Origin: Camelus dromedarius | Lineage: Eukaryota | Length of the DNA stretch: 64,000 bases | Assembly (NCBI RefSeq): GCF_036321535.1 | Contig: NC_087447.1 | Coordinates: 48,486,001 to 48,550,000, forward strand | Direction of reading: 5' to 3' | Shown: piece by piece, positions 1 through 13,799 of the stretch | Layout: each line of letters begins with the position of its first letter | Numbering within the stretch: the first letter of the stretch is position 1 | Position numbers and translations under genes: made by a program | The notes under the pieces: model-generated | What the model saw: the letters and a program-made list of their open reading frames with translations, nothing else | Told to the model about the DNA's origin: nothing | Databases searched by the model: none

Positions 1-540
1 ATTTTCCCTCTTGCACTCTACAATCTATTCTCCACACAGTAATCTTTTAAAATGTAAATCAGATGTTACTCCCATGCTTCACTGTCCTTTCCTGGCTAAG
101 GATAAAAGGTAAACCCTTTACTCTGACCTACAATGCTCTGAACGATACGGCTCCCACCTGCCTGTCCAGTCTTAGCTTCTACCACTCTCCCTTTTGGCTC
201 ACTGTCCTGGGCAACATTCTGTCCCTTGACAAAGCCAAGCCCATTCTCACTTTAGGGCCTTTGCATGTGCTATTCTCTTCTCTGGAATGAACTTCCCTGT
301 GCTTTTTACTTGGTGGCCTCTTCCTCTCATTCTTCAAATCTCATCTCCTTAGCGAGAACTTCCCATCTCCTACTTCCTCTCAGGTACTCACTATCACATC
401 ATACCATTTAGTTCCTTCCCAGCACTTTTGTTGCCCTATTTTAACATAAGCTGTAAGACCCTGATTTTCTTATTCACAGCTGTATTTTCAGGGCCAGCCA
501 GTAACACATGCTCCATAAATACTTGACTACCTGAATGTAT
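1..540 (+). mobile_element. L2 3' fragment
   Basis: aaaatgtaaatcagatg, agggcctttgca..tgctattc.cttc.ctggaatg, tgctccataaatacttg. Confidence 0.7.
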
Positions 541-550
541 ATGTACATAC

Positions 551-673
551 CCTGAGGGGGCCAAGTGGAGTCTGGCCATTTTCCTGTTGCACTGGAAGCT
601 GGTCACTGAAAGAAAGCAGCTCAGACTGAATGACAGCTCTCAAAGGCAGCGATGCAGAGCCAATGACTTCTGG
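551..673 (-). CDS. C2CD3: C2CD3 exon 13 ([41 protein letters not shown]), 123 nt; gene continues beyond the window
   Basis: Pyrimidine tract plus CAG acceptor, donor AGG|GTATGT; open frame, phase 0 to 0. Confidence 0.95.
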
Positions 674-2403
674 CTGAGAGGAGAAGGGAAGAAAAAGTTT
701 AAGTTAAATTAAAGAAGAGACACAGGGAACTTTAACTGAAGTGACAACATATGATGACTTATTAAGGAACCCATGCTTTATGAAGTCAATAGCTTAATTA
801 TTTGACTTAGGCAACTCTACGTTGGAAAACCCGTATTATGCCATGTTTTGGTTCCCATTCTGGGTTTCACCACTTCTCCCTGGAAGATCAGAGAGGGTTT
901 CATGAGTCATAAAGAAGTCAGAAGATTACCTTTTTCTATTTTTAAGAGTTCTTTATGAAGAATGTTCAACTTTACTCTTAAAAATAAAAAGTAAAATTAA
1001 GGTGATGCAAATTTTTGCCATTAAAGCTAGGAAAATTACAAAACAATATACCTGATTCTATCAAGGTTATGGAGAAACAGAGGCTGTCATATGCCTGAAG
1101 CTCAGAATATAAACTGGTAATAAATTTTGGGCAGCAAATTTAGTAATAAGTATAAAAAGCTTTTAATATTCATATTCTTTAGCTCAGTAATCTCACTTCT
1201 GGGAATTTATACTAAAATAATAAATAATACATAAGAAGCTCATACACAAATGTATATATTTTAAAATTTAACTATGAGAAATAACTAGATATTCAATAAT
1301 CAGGAATTATTAACTTAATTGCAGCACATTCCTAGAATGGAATAATATGTAGCCATTAAAATGATGTTTACTAAAAGTGTGAAATAATATTAATAATACT
1401 TGTTATGTTTATTAAAAATAGGGTATTAAATTATACACAGTAGACCTTCACCTATTTATAAAATTATGTGTAAAAGATTAAATATATTTTTGAAAAATGA
1501 ATAAAAATCCTCAAGACAAATTTTTAAAAAGCAGGCTAAAAATTACATATAGAATTATCCTAATACAGAGATTTACATACATAAATGTATTCATTTGAAA
1601 AATATAAAAGAGATTCACATAAATATTAACAGTTATTTCTTGGTGACAAGATTATAAAAATATTTTTCTATAAAGATACATATAATTCCCTTATAATTAG
1701 AAAAAAAGCCATTAACTACATAATTCAGTGTAAATATACTGAAATGCTTATAGAGGTTGTCTTAAAGTTGTGGAACTATGTGTTTCTCTTTGTCTCCCTC
1801 TTTTGCTGTATTTTCCAAAAAGAATTTGTATAATTTATATCCTGAAAATACAAACAAAAAGAAAACAAGACCATTCCTCATGCTATCCATACAAAAGGGG
1901 AGGTCAAAGATTATAAAAGCTAATCTCTGTTGAAGTAAAATCTGCTCATGACATAGTTTATTGATTTCTGTTGTACCAGTTACAAGCAGATTTTATAATC
2001 TTGGAATCAGTTGATAAAACTGCTATCCACATTATATTTGAACATGGGTTGGGTACCTTATGTATTCTATCTGAAAACAGAAAGTAGAACCTCAAATTAA
2101 GGCCAATATCCTGTATCAAAATATCCAACAGTCAACTCTTCAGAACAGGGAGCACAGTAAAGAGGTTAAGAACCTAGGATCTCAAGTCAAAAGACTTGCA
2201 AGAGAGTCCTGGCTTTGTCTTTTCTTAGCTTAGGTGATCTTAGACAAGTTACTTCTCTAAATCTTGGTTTTTTTCATCTGTAAGTTGAAGATAATAATGT
2301 ACCTAATTCACAGAGTTGTCTTAATGATTAAATTTGATAGTGTTGTTCATGTAGAGCCTTTAGCATAATATCTGGCCTACAGCAAACACCAAACAGAAAT
2401 TTA

Positions 2404-2700
<297 letters not shown>

Positions 2701-5179
2701 TCACACCACCCAAGTGGAGTCATCTCATCTATCTATGGCTCAATATCACCTACCTCGCTTTTAAATCTAACTAAAATCTCCATCAGGAATCCAGTCACCA
2801 AAGTGTTAGTAGGGTTGTAGGACTGAAGGAACAGAGACAAAGAGAAAACCCTCGGTACAGCACAGAAAAGATAAGCAGTACTGTAATGCTCTACTTTGCC
2901 ACGAGAAATGAATGTCAAGCACATGAGCACAGGATGTGTAAAGAGACATTTCATACACTTTACTGGGTGTAGGTATGACAGTGCTTTTAAAAGACAAGTT
3001 GGCAGGTAGTGTAATGAAAGAAGGGGGCTGGCTGGATGTGGGACAATGAGGAATAAATGAAGAGAAGAACTGAATAAAAAACTATAATAATGAAAGTAAG
3101 TTTATTTTCTGGCTGAAGACGAAGAGACTCCTACTGTCATACTTGAACAAGGTTCTAAGTACTGATGTTAACTAGCAGTGTTAGGACAGAATCTGTCTTT
3201 CAGGTGGAAAGGAGCGGGTTTCTGCTATAATAGCAACTGTAAATGGGATAGAGTCATGGTAGTATCTGAGTTTTTGCTCACTGCTATGGGGCTTTAACAG
3301 GTTAAATAAAAGGAATTTCAGACTAGAATCATTTTATATGAGTAAATCTGTTACTAATGACCACGTCAGACACAATTTATTACCTGTAAAATGACCTTCC
3401 CATCCATTCAGTTTTAGACCCTTAAAATGGATATGAAAAACTCATAAAAAGGCCCAGTTACAGAGAATCCACTATCTTTGGCATTCATTCAAACCGCCCA
3501 TTTGACCTACTGATCTCTAGCTTTGCCATATTTATTCTTGACTCTATTTCTCTTGGTACTCCTGGACAGGATATGGGTCTCGCTACCTGGATCTAACCAC
3601 AGGAACTGTGAGCAAAAGGTCTGGGCCCAGCAAGCCCACACCCACTAGACCAGTTTACCTGATTATCCTACCATGGGAAGAGAAGTCAGACCATACCTAC
3701 ACCTCATTGGTATGCTGAGAGGATCAACTGAGGTAATAGATGAAAAAGCACTTTGGGCAGTATAAAATCCTTTGTCTACGAACAGAACTCTATTGCAACC
3801 TGGTGCTACTCAGATTTCTCCTTATTACTTAAGTATGTTTTGGCACTATATTATTGTATTTCTCATATAATTCTCTATTTCTTAAGCTCATTTTTTTTAA
3901 CCACTATAAGTAAGTTAAGGTAATAATGGAAGAAGAAATTCATGTAAATAAATTGCTAACAACGTTCCATAGAAGACTTTCTTAGGAATTGGAAGGGATC
4001 CTCAAAATAACTTGTCCATTCTCTATTATTGTGAAGAGAGGCCCACAGAAGAAAAGTCATTTTGTCTAGGGTCACACAATTAAGTGTGTGGTATAATAAC
4101 CATAACTAGAACTCTTCTTCCAATTCCTGGCTTGATGCTTATTCCACATGTCCCATACTATCTTTCTCAGAAGAACAAGGGGAGAACTCAATTGCTGTGT
4201 CCAACAATAATAATAATGCGTGAGAAGCAGTATCGATTCAGAACACAAGATTTGGAATCAAAAAAGTTCTAGGTTCAAATTCCAGTTCTACCATATCTAA
4301 GATAACCAGTTGTGTTATCTTTGACAACCTACTTAATTGATTTATTCCTTAGATTCCTCTTTCCTCATCTGTGCATGTTTTAGTTTAAGGATTAAATTAT
4401 TAATGTATGTAAAACACTGAGTAGCTTTTTCGGCACATAATTTAGTGCCCAATAAATGTGAGCTACTATTAGTTACATACTATTTTAGTTTAATGTTTTT
4501 ACATTCATTATCCCATTTGACTGTCCATTAATTTCTTGTGTAATATAGGCAGTTCTTCCTTTGCAGATACTATGTTAACTGAATCTGGTGTATATCAGAA
4601 CCACGTCCTCACCATATCTCAATTTTAGAGATGGGGAACCTGAGGCTCAGAGAAGTTTTAAGGAACTCATTACACGTAATACAGATGGAAGGAGGTAGAA
4701 GGGGGAAGACCAGAGAAAAGAATTCAACATTTTTCTTTGCCTTAGGGTTTGATAAAAACAGTTTAACCAAATTAAAGCTCCTCAAACGTACTTCCTTTAG
4801 TCAGTAGGGTCAATTATACATTCTTGAATGCTTTGAACAAACCTCCAGAGCACCTTTTATTGCTACTGATAATTTAAGCATACAGCCAGAAAGTAAACAT
4901 ATGAAAAGTTTTAAATGCCCTAATTCTTCCTTAAAGTGATGGGGAAAGTGAAACAATGTACTCTAGTACTTTAGGTGCTATTTTTAAGGGTAAATAAGTA
5001 TTTATTTTTAATATTTGTGCTAGGTATATTCACATCAAATGAGAAATGATGCACGTGCAAGATTATGTATTAAAGTACTATTTTTAATAGTAAAATATTT
5101 TCCCCCTTGAATTACTGTTATTTTGGAATGAAATGGATGTATATGAAAACTATGCTCTTTTTAAAATTTTTAAATAAAA

Positions 5180-5602
5180 AAATTTATTAAAGTATAGTTG
5201 ATTTACAGTGTTTCAGGTTTATAGCAAAATATGAATACGTGTATTCTTTTTCAGATTCTTTTCCATTATAGATTATTATAAGGCACTGAATTCCCTATAT
5301 TATTTACTGCTATACAGTAGGTCCTTTTGTTTATCTATTTTATATATAGTAGTGTGTATCTGTTAATCCCAAATTCCACATTCATCCCTCCCTCATTTAC
5401 CCTTTGGTAACCATAAGTTTTTTTCTATATCTGTGAGTCTATTTCTGTTTTATAAATAAGTTCATTTGTATCATTTTTCTAAGATTCCACATATAAGTGA
5501 TACCATATGATATTTGTCTTTCTCTGTCTGACTTATTTCACATAATACGATAATCTCTAGGTCCATTCATGTTGCTGCAAATGGCATTATTTCATTCTTT
5601 TT
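5180..5602 (-). mobile_element. L1 3' end (artiodactyl type)
   Basis: agattccacatataagtgatacc, ggtaaccataagttt, gttgctgcaaatggcatt motifs. Confidence 0.8.
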
Positions 5603-5659
5603 TATTAACAGCAAAATATTGAAAACAACTTGAATTTTGAAAGTTGAAAATACTATATA

Positions 5660-5960
5660 AGTCAAAAAAGCCAGTCACAAAAATCATATATTGCATGATT
5701 TCATTTATATGAAATGTCCAGGATGGGAAAATTGATAGAGATAGAAAGTATATTAGCAGTTCCTTAGTGAAAGAGGGCGAAGAAGGAATTGAGTTAATGC
5801 TAGTAGGTTCGGGATTTCTTTTATGAGGGATGAAAATGTTCTCAAGTTAGATTGTGGTGATGGTTACACAACCTTTGAATACATTAAAAATCACTGAGTT
5901 TCACATTTCAAATGGGTGAATTGTATAGTATGTGAATTATACCTTGATAAAGCTGTTTTT
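5660..5960 (+). mobile_element. L1MB-like 3' end
   Basis: tttatatgaaatgtccag..gatgaaaatgttct..gattgtggtgatggtt..gtgaattata. Confidence 0.75.
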
Positions 5961-6163
5961 ATAAAGGGAAGAAAAGAAAAATGGCAACAGTAGAAAGAAC
6001 ATGATCTAAGCATCAGGAGTTCTGAGCTGTAGTCTCAGCTATGTTACTGCCTTGCTGCCTTGCATCAGGACAGTCCTACCATCACTGGGCCAGTTTCCTC
6101 ATTTATAAAGTAAAGGAATTAGAATAGATTCACTTCAAAACTCTTTCTACTGCTAAGACTCTA

Positions 6164-6370
<207 letters not shown>

Positions 6371-6846
6371 TTAAAACAAGATAATTAAGAAACAAACCAA
6401 ATAATAAACCACTTTTCTCTGATAAATCCTACATATCTTTCAAGGCCCTATTTTTAGAACTTCAGGTCCTCAGAGGATCCATCTCTCTTCAAAGCCTTCA
6501 CTAATCTTGTCAGGCAGAATTAAAGGCTCCCTTCCTTATGCCCTCACTGCACTTTTAATATAAAACATCTCTTTTGGCCCCTAAAACCCTATTATAGATA
6601 GCCATTTAAGTGTTTCTCTCTTCTCCTGATTGTAAGGCAGGTAAGAACAGAGTTGAGATCTTAGTTTTCCTTATTCTGATACTTAGCATGGTGCTTGGGA
6701 TCTAGTGGGGGATCCACTATATTTTTGTTGACTGAATGACACATATGAAAGCATTTTACAATTTGTAAATTATGCAATTATTTACTATTATTATCAGACA
6801 CACTTTCCAGAAGTGTCAAATTTAGTTTCCCATGTTAGAGACATAC

Positions 6847-7056
6847 CACTTTTTTGTTGTTGGAAGCTTAGGTGGTCTCCCAGGAAACCTTTTTTTGCCA
6901 GGGGTCTCCTGAGGACTATCTGGAGGAACTCTCATTGTTTCGATGATGATTCTGACTGAATGTGCTCTACTCAGAAGGGCCAATCTATCCACACTTAGTG
7001 TCATCATTTGGGCATCTTCTGGAGTTTCTGATAGCATCTGTTGTTCAACCAAATTT
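6847..7056 (-). CDS. C2CD3: C2CD3 exon 10 ([16 protein letters not shown]...PPKLPTTKK), 210 nt
   Basis: CAG acceptor, donor TG|GTATGT; matches ORF 6822..7052; phase 2 to 2. Confidence 0.95.
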
Positions 7057-7611
7057 CTGAAAGGAGGTCATACAGACAGTGAGGCAGACGGTCAGAAGCC
7101 AAACACGAAATGATCTAGTTTGTACAGGCAAGAGGAGGAAAGAGGAAGGGCAGCAAGCATCCTAATTCACAAGTTATCAAGGATTGAGAGATGGTTTTAA
7201 TCATAATTCTGGTCCTAATCTACAGTGAAAGAAATCTCAAAAAATGTAAAAACATTCTTGCAATCTAAAGGCTTATCTCCACACACAAGTATAGAAACTG
7301 ATGTAACAGACTTTACTTCAGTTATGCACTACTTAAACATAACTACACTTTTGTGTATTTTTTTCATTTGCTTTCTTTATGCGTATTTTCTACATAAGTG
7401 TAATAGAGCACACATACAACCTAGAATTCTGTTTACTTCCTTAACCATTTTATCATATCCATCTTTTCATGTTATTACATTTTTAAGGACTACAATACTT
7501 AACGAATTACTGTAACTCATTTAACCAGTCTGATGGTGTTGGGCAAACACAGGTCGTTTTACTTGAGATCTTTTCTTTTGCCTCTAGCCAAGCATTCCTA
7601 GAGAAGCTCAC

Positions 7612-7766
7612 CTATTTTTCTTGCCCACTGCCCTTTTCTTCAACTTATAATCATTTGACTCCAGAATCTTAGGAGATCTGGCAAGAGCTTTTGACTGGCT
7701 CATTTTTTTAGAAGGGACAACATCATCATTTTCACTGAAGACATCACTGATGCTCGTATCAGATTT
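7612..7766 (-). CDS. C2CD3: C2CD3 exon 9 ([15 protein letters not shown]...[10 protein letters not shown]), 155 nt
   Basis: TAG acceptor, donor AG|GTGAGC; open frame, phase 0 to 2. Confidence 0.95.
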
Positions 7767-10419
7767 CTATGGGGAGAAGAAACAAAAAGAGAGGCACTAA
7801 AAGATAACTGCTTTGAGGATAGTGGCAATAAAAACATTTCTCTAAAAGTAGTAATCAAATTAGTCTCTGTACATATATGTCTCTTGAAGAGACAACTGAC
7901 ACCAGGGAGATAATTTGGCATTTCTCCTGCTTATACAAAAAGAATCTGAAGTTCACAAAAATAACCTACAAGTTCAGTTCAAAGGAAATAAATGAAAACA
8001 GATTCCTTGTTCACATTCTCAATAATATTAACAATCACAGTTTACTGACCACCTACTATGTATCTGGTACTATGTTAAATGCTCCATGTGTATTTCCAAT
8101 ACTTACTATATTCTTATAAGGTGTCTTTATCTCAATTTTTACAAGTAAGAAAAGGAAAGCTACGTTACGAGAAGTTAGGCAACGTTGTTTATGATCCACA
8201 GGTGTAAGCAGTAAAGGTGGATCTTGATCTCCATGAGTTCTAGAGCCTGTATTTCTACCACAGTTTAAGGCATATGACTGTACAATTATCATCTAACTAT
8301 ATGGATGCGAAGACTCTATTTTTTTTAACCACTCCATACTACTGATGATTTATTCTGCTTTTAATCTTGCTAAGATGAACTGTTTATTGTATGTCATAAA
8401 TTTCCTTAATGGCAGAACTGGTGGCTAAGCCCCCTGTAATTAATTTTACTGTGAGAAAAGGCAACTATAATTGACTGATCAGCCCTTACTACCAGAAAAT
8501 GCAAAATAAAAAGATAGCATTGTAGTTATTTAGCTCCAAATTTTTAAAAAGTTTGCTGATATAAATGCAGGAGACTACTCCAAAGTCATTTTACATTTAT
8601 CACCCCCAAATTCCTTTTTTTCAGCATCTCAGGGTGTATAATGTATTGACCTGTCATAAGGGTAACAAATTAATAGTTAAATAAGCATGACCAGACTGTC
8701 CTTCTAGGAGGCAATACAACTTTTTCAAGGTGAAATTACAAAGCTTTTTGCTCTTAGGTTTTTCTTAAGTGGCAGTTTAAAAAAATGGTTTTGACAAGGC
8801 AATCAAAATCTAGATGAGTCCATAGCCTAAAGGAAATTAAGAGTAAACATAAACTAGGTAGTTCAAAAGCTAATAATTTCAGGAAACAAAACCACAAGGT
8901 AATGCTGAATTTCTAAGCTGTGGTTGTTATTCAATATTAAGAACATCAAACACTGACCCCAGGGTAGGACATGAGCATTCTAGCTCCTTGGTCTTCCCAC
9001 TGTCAATTTGTTCACTCCTTCTTTCAATCAACAATTTTCTGAAATTATTTTGTTCAAATAGCATGGGTGATTACTTAGTACCATGCATACATTCATTCAT
9101 TTATTTACTAAGTATTCACCTAGTACTTAATTTCTATCAAGACTTTGTTGTACTGGTAATAAAAAGACAATGAAGACATGTTCTTGTTCACAAAGAACTG
9201 TATCATACAACAGAAGGGCTAAAATAGAGGTATGTGCAGGATATTGTGGACATTCAGGCAACAAATTCTGCTTGGAGGAGTCTGGGGTGCTTTCTTCATA
9301 GAGGTGATGAGCTGATTTTTAAAGAATGAAGAGAAGTTTACCAGATGTACAAGGGCATTTCAACATTTAAGGCAGAAAGATCAGTATGAGCAAGAGATAC
9401 GGAGACAGAAAAAGAGCTAGACTGTAAAGTGGTGAGACAATCAGTATGAATGGAGTCTCTAGTGGGTACAGGGCAAAAGTGGGAGATGAGGTTAGGAAGG
9501 TTAAGTCAAGACCATATTTCAATGCCATGCTCAAGGCTTATGAGACAGTGTGGTCTTGTGGGAAAAACATAGGTTTTTGGCCAGATAGACTAGGGTAAGA
9601 ATTCTAGTTCTGCCACTTACTTACCAGGAATTAACGTCTCTAAGCTTTTATTTCATGATATGTAAAAGAGATAACACTATCTCATGGGGCTAATAAAAGA
9701 ATTAAATGAAATAATGAATTTAAAACATTTGGTAGAGTACTTAATAAATAACAGATAATATAAATTCCCTGGCACAGAGAAAATGTGTAATAAATGTAAG
9801 TTCCCTTTCCCTTTTCTCCTACAGGTAATACAGTATCAGTGATGACTTTTAAGGTAGAAAGTCATGAAATCCTAACAATTTACAATGTCTTTTAAATCCA
9901 TCTCCCCCTTTCCAATCCCGCTGTTGCCACTCTCATTCTGGCGCTCCCTCCCTCCCTCTCTCTCACACCTCCAATAACCCAGTGCCTTCCTACCTGCTCC
10001 AGTTACTCTCCCCTAGTTGGTCCCCTGGGTCACTGCCAGATTAACCTTCCTGAAACACTATTTCAGTCATGTTGTTTTCTCCTCACCTGACATTCCAAGG
10101 CTTTCCCAGACTAATTACAATGTGCTAGCCTGCCTCATCAACAACTTCCCTTCCACACAAGTTCTTACCCAGTCAAATTAGACTCCCTGCAGCACACAAA
10201 CCACTTCCTTGACAAGTTCTTCTTTCTATTCCCATTTCATTTCCCTTCTCTATCTCTCTGAACACTTTCTCAAGTGTCAGTTAAAATCTCTTTTTCCTAA
10301 TGATATTCTTTCCTGACAATCTCATGTAAAAGCACTCCCTGCTTCCTCTGAACCCTGGCAGCTCTCACTGTCTTTCCATTGAGCTGGTATAAACTACATT
10401 GCATTTCAGTTGTCATTGC

Positions 10420-10660
10420 TGACCTGGAGAAAAAGAAAATTGGGAGTATGACAGCAATCTTCACAAATATAAATGATTATTTGTGAAACAGGGGTTGAAC
10501 TCATTCTGTATATACTGTAGAAGATGCTAAACCAATGACTAGAACATATATCTTTATATAAGAACTTTGAAAACACTAAAACTGCCTGAAAAGAGAATGC
10601 TTTGTCTTAAGGGTCAGTAGAGGTATTTGTCCCCTGTGAGTAGAGGTGTTTCTAGAACCA
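10420..10660 (+). mobile_element. L3/CR1 fragment
   Basis: cctggagaaaaagaa..atgacagcaatcttc.aaatat..; highly diverged. Confidence 0.5.
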
Positions 10661-10732
10661 GATACCAGTCAAGGGTGGTTCTGAGGGTATACCTACATTA
10701 GCTCTTCCTTAAAAGAGTTCTAAGGAAGCCAT

Positions 10733-10960
10733 ATAGTATATTAATTAAGACCATAGGCTTTGAACTCAGGTAAACTTGAATCTGAATCCTAGCACTGACA
10801 CTTACTTGCTATGTGTCCTTAGGCAAAATATTTAATCTTACTAGGCTTGTCTCCTCATTTATAAAATGAGATGACACTCTCCTCTTCAGATTGTCATTAT
10901 AATTAGAGAAGATAAGGCATGTAAAATGGATAGCTTTCTGTCTGGCAAGTGGTAACATGT
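10733..10960 (+). mobile_element. MIR SINE (representative; others near 2155, 4225, 8035, 9545, 22120, 31990, 38075, 44925, 63300)
   Basis: Core motif tgaatcct.gc.ctg.cacttact.gct.tgtg.cctt.ggcaa..ctcatttataaaatg.g. Confidence 0.75.
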
Positions 10961-11027
10961 CTGCACCTACTAATATCATTAATACTCTTGTTCTCCAATT
11001 CCTAAGGCTTCAGATTCAATGACTTAC

Positions 11028-11175
11028 AGGTGCTGTGTAAAATAAGTTCTCCAGGAGACTCTGGTCATACTGAGGGTCGTTGGGTTCACTGCTGCAATAC
11101 ACATCACTGCCAGGAGATGGGGAATCTGGAGGAGAGCCTAGCCCGTCCCAGTAACGACCTTGGGATAATTCAGCA
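11028..11175 (-). CDS. C2CD3: C2CD3 exon 8 ([22 protein letters not shown]...[10 protein letters not shown]), 148 nt
   Basis: CAG acceptor, donor CCT|GTAAGT; open frame, phase 2 to 0. Confidence 0.95.
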
Positions 11176-12089
11176 CTGCAGAGATAAGAAAAACAAAGTA
11201 GGACTTTAAAAGAAGTTTCTGCTGAGCTATTCTTTTTTTTGGTAAATTTTCTAAGGTTCTAAACATGGAAGAAAATATGTTAAACAGAAGTCTCACATTA
11301 AACAGAAGGTTATCTGATAAATAGTTTCATATTACATTCCCCCTCCTCTGGGATGTCAACAGCTACTGTTAAGAAAACACATTACTGACACTGATTGTGA
11401 TCTCACTCATTTATTTAACAAACATTTTACTGGGTACCTATTATGTGCCAGGCATGGTGTTAGGTCCTGAATGATACAGAGATGACTAAGCTAACTTGTC
11501 TATTCTTGTGCCACTTATGGTCTAGGAGGGAGGGAAAAAACGTAAACAATTAACCATAATTCAAAGAGTTCAATGTTATATATATATTTTTTTTGTGAAG
11601 AATGGCTAATTCATAAATATGCTTTCTTCCATTAAGCAAAAATATGTGTATTTAGGTTAATTATGGCAAGATTTAATTCTACGTGAGATAGAGAAATGAG
11701 TAAAACAGATACTCTACTTATAAAGAATTTGTAAACTAATAAGATATGCATACAAATATGTGTATATTTCATTCATTTTTGTTTCTCCTATAGTAACGAG
11801 CGTTTAATCAACATCTGTTAGTGAACTTATTAATTCATAATGAACATAATAATAAAAGCAATATTTATTCAATATTTAATATGAACCAAGCACTGTGCTA
11901 AGCATTTCAATTATGAATTCTTTCAACTTTGCTTCGCTTTCAAGCTAGCTGCTATACTTTTTTCCCTTCTTTAATTTCTCAAGAAAATAATACATGATCA
12001 CTACCTTCACATTAGATCATGTTCCTACATTTCTTAGAACAAATGATGTTCAATAAATGTTCCTTTCTTCACCTTTTCTTATTCTATAG

Positions 12090-12296
12090 TAGGGTTTCTC
12101 AACCTCAGCACTACTGACAAGTTGGGTGAGAGAATCCTTTGTCACTGGGCTCTATCCTGTGTATTTTGGATCCCTGGATTCTACTCATCAGATGCCAGTA
12201 GCATTCCCCTTGTTGTGACAAAATATCTCCAGACATTACCAAATGTTCCAAGGGGTGGGATGCAGGGGAGAACTGCCCCCCAGTTGAGAACCACTG
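12090..12296 (-). mobile_element. MER20 (hAT-Charlie MITE)
   Basis: TIRs agggtttctcaac / gttgagaaccactg; 8-bp TSD (t/a)tctatag at 12082-12089 and 12297-12304. Confidence 0.85.
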
Positions 12297-13633
12297 ATCT
12301 ATAGTAATCTCTCTCTTAAAGGTTGGAACTTCCTAACTGCCAAAACCCAGGTAACAACTTTCCAACCCACATGGCTTCCCTGCAGCTTCTGAGCACTGCT
12401 CCATTTTGAAGCACTACTTCTTGGTATATTCTACAAAATTCTCATTTGCCAATTATGGTCCCCCGCAACTCATTTGCTTGCTTTTCCCCCCTGCTTTGCA
12501 CACCCTTAAAGTTATGAAGATCTCCACCATTCATTATACAGTCCTCCACTTTTTACTTTTTTTTTCAAATTAACATTTCTTTGAGTTCATTCTTCTGTCT
12601 ATGACACATAAAAAGGCACCCCATTTCCCTACATGCAGTATTTGGTACATACTTATAATCAGAAACCTGGAGAGGTCAGAGCTACTTGGCACAGGCCAGA
12701 GGCCGGGGTTCCTGTGGAGGGCAGGAGACATGGAAGCTAAAAAAAAATGGGGGGAAGAGGCTAGAATTTGCCTGTGTTCTTCGGCTACAAGACAAGCCCA
12801 CCCTGAGCACTTTCCTTTTTTTTTCTTCTTAAACATTTTTTAATCAAAGAATAAATGCACCTATTTTAAAAGTCAAATCGGATTACAAGACATAATAAAG
12901 AACAGTAGCTACCTGCCTCCTTAGGGTGTTTCTTTTGGTATTTACCTTCATATTTCTAAGTAACATATGTACTGCTATTTTCTGATTTTTCACTTTTCTA
13001 TGGACTTTCTATAATGAAAAATGAAAAAATCCTCATTTATACCATTACTCTTGGACACAGATTTCACTTCCCCATCTTCTCAATTTACAATTTTTTGTTG
13101 TTAACGTACAGTGTTAACATCATATCAGAGCCAAGTATAATTTACTACACTTTCTTATCCAACTTCTAGTTTTCCTTATTTTAGTAACTGCCTTAATTTT
13201 CATTTACTTAGTTTTTTATGTGCCTATCAGTATTTTACTACTGAACTCTCCAAGAGAACAGAAAATTCCCTCTCAATTTGGTCAAACACAGGAGAAATGT
13301 TTCCACCTACCCTCTTCCTTCCTTAGAAATATTCCTACTGAAGTCCTGTCTTGCTCCCCATAAGGAGTGTTTGCTTTCTAAACATGACACAGATCTTAAA
13401 CCTCCTTTTCTCTTTCTTCTGTGTTAGATCCCCTACTTCGCGAACTCCATGCCTTACTCTTTCTTCCTATATTCTCCTTGTGGTAGAGGATATCCTGTGA
13501 TTTCCTAAGAACTAGTGCAAGAGAGGCAATCTTTTGAGACCCTGGATATATGAAGATATTTTTACTCTACCTTCACACATGTTTGACAGTTTGATTGGGA
13601 ATGGAATCTGAGTTCAAAAATTAAGAATTTTCA

Positions 13634-13730
13634 ACGGGGAAGGGTATAGCTCAATGGTAGAGTACATGCTTACTATGCATGAGGTCCTGGGTTCAATCCC
13701 CAGTACCTCCATTAAAAAAAAAAAGTTAAA
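13634..13730 (+). mobile_element. tRNA-Ala-derived SINE (Vic-1 type)
   Basis: A box TAGCTCAATGG, B box GGTTCAATCC, A-tail; exact 19-bp direct repeat caaaaattaagaattttca at 13615-13633 and 13731-13749. Confidence 0.9.
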
Positions 13731-13799
13731 CAAAAATTAAGAATTTTCAGAATTCTGAAAGCAATTCTCCACTGTCTTCTATGGAGTAGGTAAAAAAGC

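Noticed and set aside
13636..13711. Possible tRNA-Ala gene (also 36752, 52218, 52405)
   Set aside because: A-tails, TSDs and mismatched stems indicate SINE retrocopies rather than tRNA genes
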